Shown piece after piece: positions 7,642 to 16,086 of a stretch of DNA of 64,000 nucleotides. Position 1 is the first letter of the stretch. Every line of letters starts with the position of its first letter. Origin of the DNA: an uncultured Rhizobium sp. (GTDB lineage Bacteria; Pseudomonadota; Alphaproteobacteria; Rickettsiales; UBA1997); the NCBI GenBank assembly GCA_964447395.1, contig CAYUSO010000006.1:10154-74153 (forward strand), in the 5' to 3' direction. A model generated the notes under the pieces. That model had not been told where the DNA came from. It made no database searches and saw only the letters and a list, made by a program, of their open reading frames with translations. A program made the position numbers and the translations under genes.

Positions 7642-10302
7642 CTACAGCGCTGCTCTTGCTGCTGCTAATCTTGCGATTGGAACGCGATAAGGTGAGCAGG
7701 AAACGTAATTCAAGCCGCTGCGGTGGCAGAATTCGATTGATGCGGGATTGCCGCCGTGTTCGCCGCAGATTCCTAGTTTGATGTCTTTTCTGGTCGCCTT
7801 CCCTTTCTCGGCAGCAATTTTGATTAACGCGCCGACGCCTTCTTGGTCCAGCTCGGCAAAAGGATCTTTTTCTAAAATTCCGGCTTTTTGGTAATGGCCG
7901 AGGAAGTTTGCAGAATCGTCGCGACTTAGGCCGAAAGTGGTTTGCGTTAAGTCATTAGTGCCGAAGCTGAAAAATTCTGCTTCGTGAGCAATTTGGTCAG
8001 CAATCAGTGCGGCTCTAGGAAGCTCAATCATTGTTCCAACCAAATATTTCAATTTTACGCCATGCTCTTTTTCAACTTCTCTTTCAGTTGCGACGATTAA
8101 ATCTTTCAAAATTTGTAGCTCTTTTCGCGTTGCAACTAGTGGAATCATGATTTCCAAAAGCACGTCTTTTTTAGTTTCTTTTTTGACGATTGATGCCGCT
8201 TCAAAAATTGCCCGCGCCTGCATTTCGTAAATTTCTGGATAAGAAATTCCGAGACGGCAACCGCGATGGCCAAGCATTGGATTTTGTTCCTGCAACTGAT
8301 GCGTGCGATGTTTTACGTAAGAAACATCAACACCGACAGCCTTCGCTACTTCGACAATTTCGGAATCTTTATGCGGCAAAAATTCGTGAAGAGGTGGATC
8401 GAGTAAGCGAATCGTCACCGGCAATCCAGCCATGATTTTGAAGATCTCGATAAAATCTTGGCGTTGCATCGGAAGCAATTTTGCTAGCGCTTTTTTGCGA
8501 CCATCAACTTCTTCAGCGAGAATCATTTCGCGCACTGCAATAATGCGATCTTCGCTGAAAAACATATGCTCGGTGCGACAGAGTCCAATGCCTTCGCAAC
8601 CAAAGTCACGAGCGGTTTGGCAATCAAGCGGAGTTTCAGCGTTGGTGCGCACTTTTAGCAGACGAATTTCATCTGCCCATTCCATGATTTTTTCGAAATC
8701 GCCCGATAAATTTGGTTTTAAAGTTGGCACCGAACCGAGAATTACATCACCGCTTGAGCCGTTGATGGTTATGGTTTCACCCTCTTTCACCTTCACGCCA
8801 TTTGCAGTGAAAAATTGTCCGCCGTGATCGACGTGCAAACCAGATGCTCCTGAAACGCAAGGTGTTCCCATGCCACGCGCCACAACGGCCGCGTGCGATG
8901 TCATGCCGCCGCGCGCGGTTAAAATTCCTTGCGAAACATGCATTCCCTTGATGTCTTCCGGACTAGTTTCGACGCGAACTAAAATAACTTTTTCGCCATT
9001 TTCAGATTTCTTTTCTGCTTCAGCCGAAGAGAAAACCACAATGCCTGAAGCCGCGCCAGGAGAAGCTGGAAGGCCTTTGCATAAAATTTTAATTTTAGCT
9101 TTTGGATCGAGAGTTGGGTGCAAAAGTTGATCCAAACTCGCTGGATCGATGCGCTTCAAAGCCTCTTTTTTATCGATCAATTTTTCGCCAACCATATCAA
9201 CGGCAATTTTCACCGCAGCATGCGCCGTGCGTTTGCCGTTACGGGTTTGCAGCATCCAAAGTTTTTTATTTTGCACGGTGAATTCGATGTCTTGCATGTC
9301 GCGATAATGCGCTTCCAATTTTTTGTAAATCTTCACCAATTCCGCAAAAACATCAGGCATGGTTTCTTCCATCGAAGGTAGTTTCGAGCCAAGCTGCTCT
9401 TTACCAGAGATCGTGATTGATTGCGGAGTGCGAATGCCGGCGACGACATCTTCACCTTGCGCATTGATCAAATATTCGCCGTAAAGTTCTTTGGTTCCCG
9501 TTGATGGATTGCGCGTGAAAGCCACGCCAGTAGCGGAATCGTCGCCCATATTGCCAAAGACCATTGATTGTACGTTAACCGCAGTTCCCCAAGCGGCGGG
9601 AATGTTGTTGAGCTCGCGATAGACGATGGCGCGATTATTCATCCAAGAAGCAAAAACCGCTTCAACAGCGCCCCAGAGCTGTTCGTGGACATCTTGCGGA
9701 AAATCGCGACCGAGTTCTTTTTTCACTTCGGCTTTAAAAAGTTCGACAATTTCTTCGAGATTTTCGGCGGTGAGATCAGTGTCGGCGCTAGCTCCAAACT
9801 CGTGTTTTTTTTCATCAAGAATCACTTCGAAATTGTGATGATCGGCGCCCAAAACAACGTTGGAATACATTTGGATGAAGCGGCGATAGGAGTCGAAAGC
9901 GAAGCGTTTATTGGCAGAATTTTTGGCGAGACCTTGCACGGTTTTGTCGTTTAATCCCAAATTCAAAACTGTGTCCATCATGCCTGGCATTGAGGCTCTA
10001 GCACCGGAGCGCACTGAAAATAAAAGCGGATTTTTTGGATCACCAAATTTTGCACCAATTTTTTCTTCAATTTGCTTCAAGGCGATTTCAAGCTGAGATT
10101 TTAATTCTGCCGGAAATTTTTTTTCGTTTTTGTAGTAAGCATCACAAACTTCGGTTGTGATCGTGAATCCTGGTGGAACTGGTAAGCCCATTTTTGACAT
10201 CTCTGCAAGATTGGCGCCCTTGCCTCCGAGAAGGTTTTTCATTGAAGCATCGCCTTCAGATTTTCCGTCGCCGAATGAGTAAACGAATTTTTTTGCAGTC
10301 AT
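7642..10302 (-). CDS. ppdK: pyruvate, phosphate dikinase
   Basis: 886 aa. Phosphohistidine motif GGMTSHAAVVARG, GLCRTEHMF, and a C-terminal PEP-utilising TIM-barrel domain. Confidence 0.97.
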   Translation of the reverse strand: MTAKKFVYSFGDGKSEGDASMKNLLGGKGANLAEMSKMGLPVPPGFTITTEVCDAYYKNEKKFPAELKSQLEIALKQIEEKIGAKFGDPKNPLLFSVRSGARASMPGMMDTVLNLGLNDKTVQGLAKNSANKRFAFDSYRRFIQMYSNVVLGADHHNFEVILDEKKHEFGASADTDLTAENLEEIVELFKAEVKKELGRDFPQDVHEQLWGAVEAVFASWMNNRAIVYRELNNIPAAWGTAVNVQSMVFGNMGDDSATGVAFTRNPSTGTKELYGEYLINAQGEDVVAGIRTPQSITISGKEQLGSKLPSMEETMPDVFAELVKIYKKLEAHYRDMQDIEFTVQNKKLWMLQTRNGKRTAHAAVKIAVDMVGEKLIDKKEALKRIDPASLDQLLHPTLDPKAKIKILCKGLPASPGAASGIVVFSSAEAEKKSENGEKVILVRVETSPEDIKGMHVSQGILTARGGMTSHAAVVARGMGTPCVSGASGLHVDHGGQFFTANGVKVKEGETITINGSSGDVILGSVPTLKPNLSGDFEKIMEWADEIRLLKVRTNAETPLDCQTARDFGCEGIGLCRTEHMFFSEDRIIAVREMILAEEVDGRKKALAKLLPMQRQDFIEIFKIMAGLPVTIRLLDPPLHEFLPHKDSEIVEVAKAVGVDVSYVKHRTHQLQEQNPMLGHRGCRLGISYPEIYEMQARAIFEAASIVKKETKKDVLLEIMIPLVATRKELQILKDLIVATEREVEKEHGVKLKYLVGTMIELPRAALIADQIAHEAEFFSFGTNDLTQTTFGLSRDDSANFLGHYQKAGILEKDPFAELDQEGVGALIKIAAEKGKATRKDIKLGICGEHGGNPASIEFCHRSGLNYVSCSPYRVPIARLAAARAAL

Positions 10303-10304
10303 TT

Positions 10305-11384
10305 TTAGATTAATTCAAATTGAAGTTTTTGTATTTCAATTCCATTTACAACCAATGAAATCAAGTGCTCGCCAGCATAATGTTTTCTGGTGGAGAGATC
10401 GCGAAAAGAGTGTTTTTTAGAAAATTTAAAAACACCTTTAGCGAAATTTTTGGTTGTGATTTGGAAAATTTTTTTGCTGTGAGAGCCGTTTTTTCGAATA
10501 AAAAAAACAGCGTATTCGAGCCGAAATTTCTTTTCTGAGCCTTGATTTTCTAGGGCGAAATCAAAAATCAGATTTTCCGAAGTTTTAATTTTATTTTTTT
10601 GTAAAGCAAAGGCTTGGACGCTGAAATCTTTTGTAAGATTTTTATTGGAAATGCCGATCAATTTTAGCGCCGTTTTATTTCCATTCGTAAGCAAGCCGCG
10701 CAGCGCGTGCTTTATCAAACGCTCTGAAACTTTTTCTTTTTTCCACTTTGTCAATAAATCCAAAACTATTTGCGGATGATCTTTGGAAATATCGTTGAGA
10801 TTATTGGCGACGCTTTTGCGCACATATTCCATCTCGTCAAATTTCAGCGCCTCCAAAATTGGTAAAATTTTTGCAGGATTTTTTTTGAATTCTTGCAAAG
10901 CTTCGCCCCAAGGAAGCCTTGGGCGACAAGCTTCGGAAGCCAGTCTTCTAACGTGATAATTTTTACTTTTTGTCCATTTCTGTAAAAAATGCAGTGCGCG
11001 AATTTTGTCTTTTTTGATGAATTGTCGAACAGCAAATTCAGAACTGCCAAATTCGGTAAAAAATTCGAGAGCATTCATCGAAAGATCGAAGAATTTTATT
11101 CCAAAAACTTCGACAAAATCAGGAAAAGTAATCAGCGCTAAACCAGAGTTCTTGTCCTTAGAAATTTTGCTCACCGCTTTTTTTAAAAGCGTGATTTGCT
11201 GCGAATAATTTTTTGTCGGAAGAGATTTGTTAAGCGCTAAAGTAATGGCGCGCATCCTTTGTTTTAGAGACTTCTCAGCCCAATCTTTTGCAAGAATTTC
11301 TAAGAATTTTTTTTGATCAAGCTTCGGCGTTGCGGCAGCAAGACGAGTTAAAAACTCGCGATTATAAACTTCTTTGAGCAGCAT
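10305..11384 (-). CDS. DNA alkylation repair protein (HEAT-like repeat AlkC/AlkD family)
   Basis: 359 aa. WTKSKNYHVRRLASEACRPRLPW and EYVRKSVANNLNDISKDHP fit HEAT-like-repeat alkylpurine glycosylases. The beta-rich C-terminal ~100 aa is consistent with the AlkC Ig-like domain. Assigned from memory of the family, not from a search. Confidence 0.55.
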   Translation of the reverse strand: MLLKEVYNREFLTRLAAATPKLDQKKFLEILAKDWAEKSLKQRMRAITLALNKSLPTKNYSQQITLLKKAVSKISKDKNSGLALITFPDFVEVFGIKFFDLSMNALEFFTEFGSSEFAVRQFIKKDKIRALHFLQKWTKSKNYHVRRLASEACRPRLPWGEALQEFKKNPAKILPILEALKFDEMEYVRKSVANNLNDISKDHPQIVLDLLTKWKKEKVSERLIKHALRGLLTNGNKTALKLIGISNKNLTKDFSVQAFALQKNKIKTSENLIFDFALENQGSEKKFRLEYAVFFIRKNGSHSKKIFQITTKNFAKGVFKFSKKHSFRDLSTRKHYAGEHLISLVVNGIEIQKLQFELI

Positions 11385-11392
11385 TGATTGCG

Positions 11393-12769
11393 TTATTTAT
11401 TCAGCGGCGATTTGCGACAGCTGTATCCGAAATAAACTGCCAATCCGAGAAGAGACCACAACATGAACCATTTTCCGGTTTCAAGCAGCAGAGTGTAAAC
11501 CAAATAACCGCAGCTCAAAACGGCTAACGGCACCGTCACATAGACCAACGGGCATTTGAAAGAGCGATGCATATTTGGTTCGGTAATGCGCAAAACTAAA
11601 ACCCCGATCGCAACGATGATGAAGGCAAAAAGCGTTCCGAGGCTGGTCATTTGGCTGAGAATTTGTAGCGGTAATAATCCAGAAATTGTTGCGACTAAAA
11701 GCGAAGTCAAAGCAACGCTGACATGGGGCGTGCCAAATTTCTTGTGAAGTTTGCTGAGTGGCGCAGGAATTAATCCGTCGCGCGACATCACGAAAAAAAT
11801 TCGCGATTGGCCGTAAATTAAAATTAATAAAACCGAAGTGATACCAGCGATGGCACCAGTTGCGACAAGGGCTGATCCGATGTTCGAACCATTTTCACGA
11901 AGCGCCCGAGCAAGAGGTTCAGGATTATTCAGCGTGTCGAAATGTACGATTCCGGTTAAAACCAAAGAGACTGCAACATAAAGCGCGGTGCAGATTAGCA
12001 GCGAACCGATGATACCAATCGGCAAATCGCGTTTAGGATTTTTACATTCTTCAGCAGCGCAAGCGACGGCGTCAAATCCGATATAGGCATAAAAAACAAT
12101 TGCTGCTCCGATGAAGACCCCGTGAATTCCGAAAGGAAAAAATTCTGCATAATTTTCTACTTTAATCATCGGCGTGGCGACGGCGAGGAAGAGAAAAATT
12201 ACGCCAAGTTTTGTAGCAACGAGAATGCGGTTGAAGGTGATGCTTTCTTTGGTGCCGCGGAAAAGTAAGAAGCCGATGAAAAGCGCGATTGACATTGCGG
12301 GCAAGTTAATGATGCCGCCATCAGTTGGCACTTTTGTCAAAGATTCTGGAATGATGATTCCGCCAGTTTTTAAAATACCAACCATGTAGCCCGACCAGCC
12401 CGCAGAAACGGTGGAAGCGCCGATCATATATTCCAAAACTAATCCCCAGCCGACTAGCCAAGCAATGAACTCGCCCATAACAGCGTAGGAGTAAGTGTAG
12501 GCGCTACCTGCGACTGGAACCATTGAGGCTAATTCGGCGTAAGCTAAAGCAGCAAAAACGCAGCATAATGCGGCAATGACGTAAGAAATAGAAATTCCCG
12601 GGCCAGCATATTTTGCGGCGGCGATTCCAGTGATGACGAAGATTCCCGTACCAATGGTGCAACCGATTCCGATCATGATGAGATCCCAAGCGCCAAGCGT
12701 TTTCTTGAGCGTGTTTTTTTCAGCGGTAGCGAGAATTTCTTGAATATTTTTTTTGCGAAAGAGGTTCAT
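11393..12769 (-). CDS. APC-superfamily amino acid permease (paralog 1)
   Basis: 458 aa, polytopic. GIGCTIGTGIFV near the N-terminus and AEECKNPKRDLPIGI. Collinear with the adjacent paralog. Confidence 0.9.
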   Translation of the reverse strand: MNLFRKKNIQEILATAEKNTLKKTLGAWDLIMIGIGCTIGTGIFVITGIAAAKYAGPGISISYVIAALCCVFAALAYAELASMVPVAGSAYTYSYAVMGEFIAWLVGWGLVLEYMIGASTVSAGWSGYMVGILKTGGIIIPESLTKVPTDGGIINLPAMSIALFIGFLLFRGTKESITFNRILVATKLGVIFLFLAVATPMIKVENYAEFFPFGIHGVFIGAAIVFYAYIGFDAVACAAEECKNPKRDLPIGIIGSLLICTALYVAVSLVLTGIVHFDTLNNPEPLARALRENGSNIGSALVATGAIAGITSVLLILIYGQSRIFFVMSRDGLIPAPLSKLHKKFGTPHVSVALTSLLVATISGLLPLQILSQMTSLGTLFAFIIVAIGVLVLRITEPNMHRSFKCPLVYVTVPLAVLSCGYLVYTLLLETGKWFMLWSLLGLAVYFGYSCRKSPLNK

Positions 12770-12777
12770 GGTAAAAA

Positions 12778-14166
12778 TTATTTGTTAAGCGGACTTTTTC
12801 TGCGGCTGTAAATGAAATAAACTACCAGAGCAAAAGAGAACCACAGGAAAACCGGTTGCGCGATTTGCAGCGCTAAAGTGTACATCAAGTAGCCGCAGCT
12901 AATAACGGCAACTGGAGCGACAAAAAACACCGCCGGACATTTGAAAGTGCGTGGTAATTCTGGTCGGCGCAAACGAAGAACTACAACGGCGACTGATGCG
13001 ATACAAAAGGCCAGCAAAGTTCCGAGGCTGCTCATTTGTCCCATAGTGTGAATCGGAGTGAAGCCAGAAATAAGCATAACGGCTAGAGTGACGATGATGC
13101 AGCTGATGTGCGGCGTGGCAAATTTTGTGTGCAATTTGCTGAAGGCGGCGGGAATTAATCCGTCGCGCGACATGGCAAAAAAGATGCGCGATTGACCATA
13201 CATCATCACCAATAAAACCGTCACCATGCCAGCGATGGCGCCAGTTCCTACTAGGGCTGAACCGATATTGCTGCCATTTTCACGAAGTGCGCGCGCCATT
13301 GGTTCGGGATTGCCGAGAGTGCTGAAATGCACGATTCCGTTGAGAGTGAGAGAAACTGCGACATAAAGCACGGTGCAAAATACTAGCGAGCCGATGATGC
13401 CGATTGGCAAATCGCGGCGCGGATTTTTGCATTCTTCAGCGGTGGTTGCGACCGCATCAAATCCGAGATAAGCGAAGAAAATTGCTGCGGCACCAGTGAT
13501 AACGCCAGACCAGCCGAAAGGCATAAATTCGGCATAATTCTCCATTTTGACATGCGGAACGGCGACGAGAAGAAAAGTGAAAATTACGACTAATTTTAAT
13601 CCGACCAAAATACGGTTAACCACGATGCTTTCTTTGGTTCCGCGATAAAGTAGCAAGCCGACGAAAAATGTGATGCAGATTGCGGGAAGATTGATGATTC
13701 CGCCTTCGGAAGGAACAGTGGTATATTCTGCAGGAAGATGAATTCCACCTTGATGAAGAATTCCGACGAAATATCCCGACCAGCCCGCAGCAACGGTGGA
13801 AGCGGCAACGGTATATTCCAAAACTAAACCGCAAGCAACTAGCCAAGCGACAAATTCGCCGAGAACTGCGTAGGTGTAAGTGTAAGCACTTCCGGCGACT
13901 GGAATGGTGGAAGCGAGTTCAGTGTAAGCAAGGCCGGCAAACATACAAACCACACCAGCAATAAAGTAAGAAACGGAAATAGCTGGACCAGCGTGTTCAG
14001 CGGCGGCGACTCCAGTTAAAACGAAAATTCCTGTGCCAATTGTGCAACCGATTCCGAGTAAAACGAGATCAAAAGCACCGAGGGTTTTTTTCAGCGAATT
14101 TTTTTGCGAACCCGCAATCATCGTTTCGATGCTTTTAGTACGGAAAAGTGATTTTATTACTTTCAT
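12778..14166 (-). CDS. APC-superfamily amino acid permease (paralog 2)
   Basis: The ORF is open to 14205, but the ATG at 14166 has AGGAG 7 nt upstream and avoids overlap with pilT. Motifs are GIGCTIGTGIFV and AEECKNPRRDLPIGI. Confidence 0.9.
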   Translation of the reverse strand: MKVIKSLFRTKSIETMIAGSQKNSLKKTLGAFDLVLLGIGCTIGTGIFVLTGVAAAEHAGPAISVSYFIAGVVCMFAGLAYTELASTIPVAGSAYTYTYAVLGEFVAWLVACGLVLEYTVAASTVAAGWSGYFVGILHQGGIHLPAEYTTVPSEGGIINLPAICITFFVGLLLYRGTKESIVVNRILVGLKLVVIFTFLLVAVPHVKMENYAEFMPFGWSGVITGAAAIFFAYLGFDAVATTAEECKNPRRDLPIGIIGSLVFCTVLYVAVSLTLNGIVHFSTLGNPEPMARALRENGSNIGSALVGTGAIAGMVTVLLVMMYGQSRIFFAMSRDGLIPAAFSKLHTKFATPHISCIIVTLAVMLISGFTPIHTMGQMSSLGTLLAFCIASVAVVVLRLRRPELPRTFKCPAVFFVAPVAVISCGYLMYTLALQIAQPVFLWFSFALVVYFIYSRRKSPLNK

Positions 14167-14188
14167 TATTTCTCCTAAATTGAATTGG

Positions 14189-15217
14189 TTATTCGCTTGC
14201 TGCAAGAGCTTCTTCCGCGGTTTCTGGCGAAATCATTCCTTTGAGCAAAAGTTCGTTGATAGAATCTTTCATTAAGCACATTCCATTTTTTTTGCTGAGT
14301 TCGATGATGGAATTGATCTGCGGAATTTTGTCTTCACGAATCAGGTTCCGAATTGATGAGTTAGCAACCATGATTTCATAAGCGGCACATCTGCCGCCCC
14401 CAACTTTTTTCAATAGGCGTTGCGAAACCACGGCTTTGATTGAGGTCGAAAGCATTGTGCGCACCACTGGTTTATCTTCGGCAGGAAAAACATCGATGAT
14501 TCTGTTGATGGTTTGAGCGGCAGAGCTGGTGTGCAATGTTCCCAAAACCAAGTGACCAGTTTCGGCAGCAGTTAGGGCTAAGTGAATGGTTTCGATATCG
14601 CGCATTTCTCCCACCAAAATTACGTCAGGATCTTCGCGTAAAGCGCTTTTTAGAGCGTTGGCAAATGACATTGTGCTATTACCAACCTCGCGTTGATTGA
14701 TGAGGGATTTTTTATTTTTGTGAACGAACTCGACAGGATCTTCAACGGTTAAAATGTGATGAGAGAAATTCGCATTCATGTGATCGATTAACCCGGCAAG
14801 AGTTGTGGATTTTCCACTTCCAGTTGGTCCAACCACTAGAATCAGGCCTTTTGCGGTGTGAGCAAGGCTGCGAACAATTTCTGGAGTATGTAGTGCTGCC
14901 AAACTTTTTACTTCGGTTGGAATTTCACGAAATACTGCGGCGGGGCCGTAAATTGTACGAAAAGCGTTAACGCGGAAACGTGAATCTGTGCCGACTTGCA
15001 CCGAAAAATCCAACTCCATTTTTTCTTGATAAGCCTTTTTTTGGAAATCATTCATCAGCGAATGAATCATTTCCAAAACCTGCTTATCGTTGAGCAGCGG
15101 AGCGTTTGGAATTGGTGCCATGTCGCCATCAATACGCAACATTGGCACGGCATTGGTTGTGATATGGACGTCAGAAGAGCCTTGTTTCTTGGCGTAAACC
15201 AAAATTTTTTCGATCAT
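14189..15217 (-). CDS. pilT: type IV pilus retraction ATPase PilT
   Basis: 342 aa. Walker A GPTGSGKST, Walker B ILVGEMRD, His box TGHLVLGTLHT, and a PilT-type SIRNLIRE motif. Confidence 0.9.
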   Translation of the reverse strand: MIEKILVYAKKQGSSDVHITTNAVPMLRIDGDMAPIPNAPLLNDKQVLEMIHSLMNDFQKKAYQEKMELDFSVQVGTDSRFRVNAFRTIYGPAAVFREIPTEVKSLAALHTPEIVRSLAHTAKGLILVVGPTGSGKSTTLAGLIDHMNANFSHHILTVEDPVEFVHKNKKSLINQREVGNSTMSFANALKSALREDPDVILVGEMRDIETIHLALTAAETGHLVLGTLHTSSAAQTINRIIDVFPAEDKPVVRTMLSTSIKAVVSQRLLKKVGGGRCAAYEIMVANSSIRNLIREDKIPQINSIIELSKKNGMCLMKDSINELLLKGMISPETAEEALAASE

Positions 15218-16086
15218 AATTTGTTGCGGATGGATTGGATTCTTTTTTGAATTTGGTCGATGGGAATCGACTGGTAGTTGTCGGAATAATTTTTTGCAAC
15301 GTTTGAGTAGAACTCGAGAGCTTTTTCATATTGATCTGTCTTGTCGTAGATCACTGCAAGGTTGTATTGATAGCTCAAATTTTCTGCATCGATCGAAACC
15401 GCTTTTTGCAAAAGTAAAATTGCTTGGTCGTAATTTTTTACTTTGTCGTAAGCAATTGCTGCGTGAGCTAAAATATTTGCTGAATTAGGATTTTGAACTG
15501 AGAGACGAGAAAGCAGATAAATCGCATCTCGCGGCGATTCTTCTACCATGATCGCCAAAAGATTTCCGATGATTTCATCTTGATTATCCAAAGAAGATTT
15601 TAGCAGTTGATAGTAGAGAGTTTTTGCTTGGCGGAATTGTCCAATTTTTTGATAAACTGCGGCGAGAGAAAATTTAGCGTAATTATTTTTCGAATCGGAA
15701 TCGAGAATTTCTTTATAGAGCTGAATCGAAACTTCATATTGGCCAATCAACGCGGCGTTGTAAGCGAGCTTTTCTTTTTCGACAATTTCTAGATTATCTG
15801 TTTTTGAATTGGCGACGCTGATTTCAACCGAGTTGGATTTTTTTTGCTCATCTTCATTTCCAGCAATGATCGTAAAATCACTTTTTTTTCTGGAATTATC
15901 GTTTTGGTAAAAATCAATTTTTTGGCGAGAATCTTTGTCGAAGAGTAAAGATTTTTCGATTTCCTTTACGATTTGAGAGTTTGAAACGACGGTTTCGGCG
16001 TAGGAGTTTTGCGGAATTTGAAGAGCTGCGAATAGAAAAAGAAATGCGAAGTTTTTTAACCGAAATTTAAAAAATTCATTCCGCAT
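15214..16086 (-). CDS. secreted tetratricopeptide-repeat protein
   Basis: 290 aa. Signal-peptide-like N-terminus [18 protein letters not shown]. Repeated TPR-like units: [66 protein letters not shown] overlap with pilT. Confidence 0.75.
   Translation of the reverse strand: MRNEFFKFRLKNFAFLFLFAALQIPQNSYAETVVSNSQIVKEIEKSLLFDKDSRQKIDFYQNDNSRKKSDFTIIAGNEDEQKKSNSVEISVANSKTDNLEIVEKEKLAYNAALIGQYEVSIQLYKEILDSDSKNNYAKFSLAAVYQKIGQFRQAKTLYYQLLKSSLDNQDEIIGNLLAIMVEESPRDAIYLLSRLSVQNPNSANILAHAAIAYDKVKNYDQAILLLQKAVSIDAENLSYQYNLAVIYDKTDQYEKALEFYSNVAKNYSDNYQSIPIDQIQKRIQSIRNKL

Noticed and set aside
7569-7649. 8-bp inverted repeat cgctgtag/ctacagcg bracketing the ppdK stop and the AT-rich hairpin
   Set aside because: It is short, 65 nt apart and occurs once. 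It could arise by chance.
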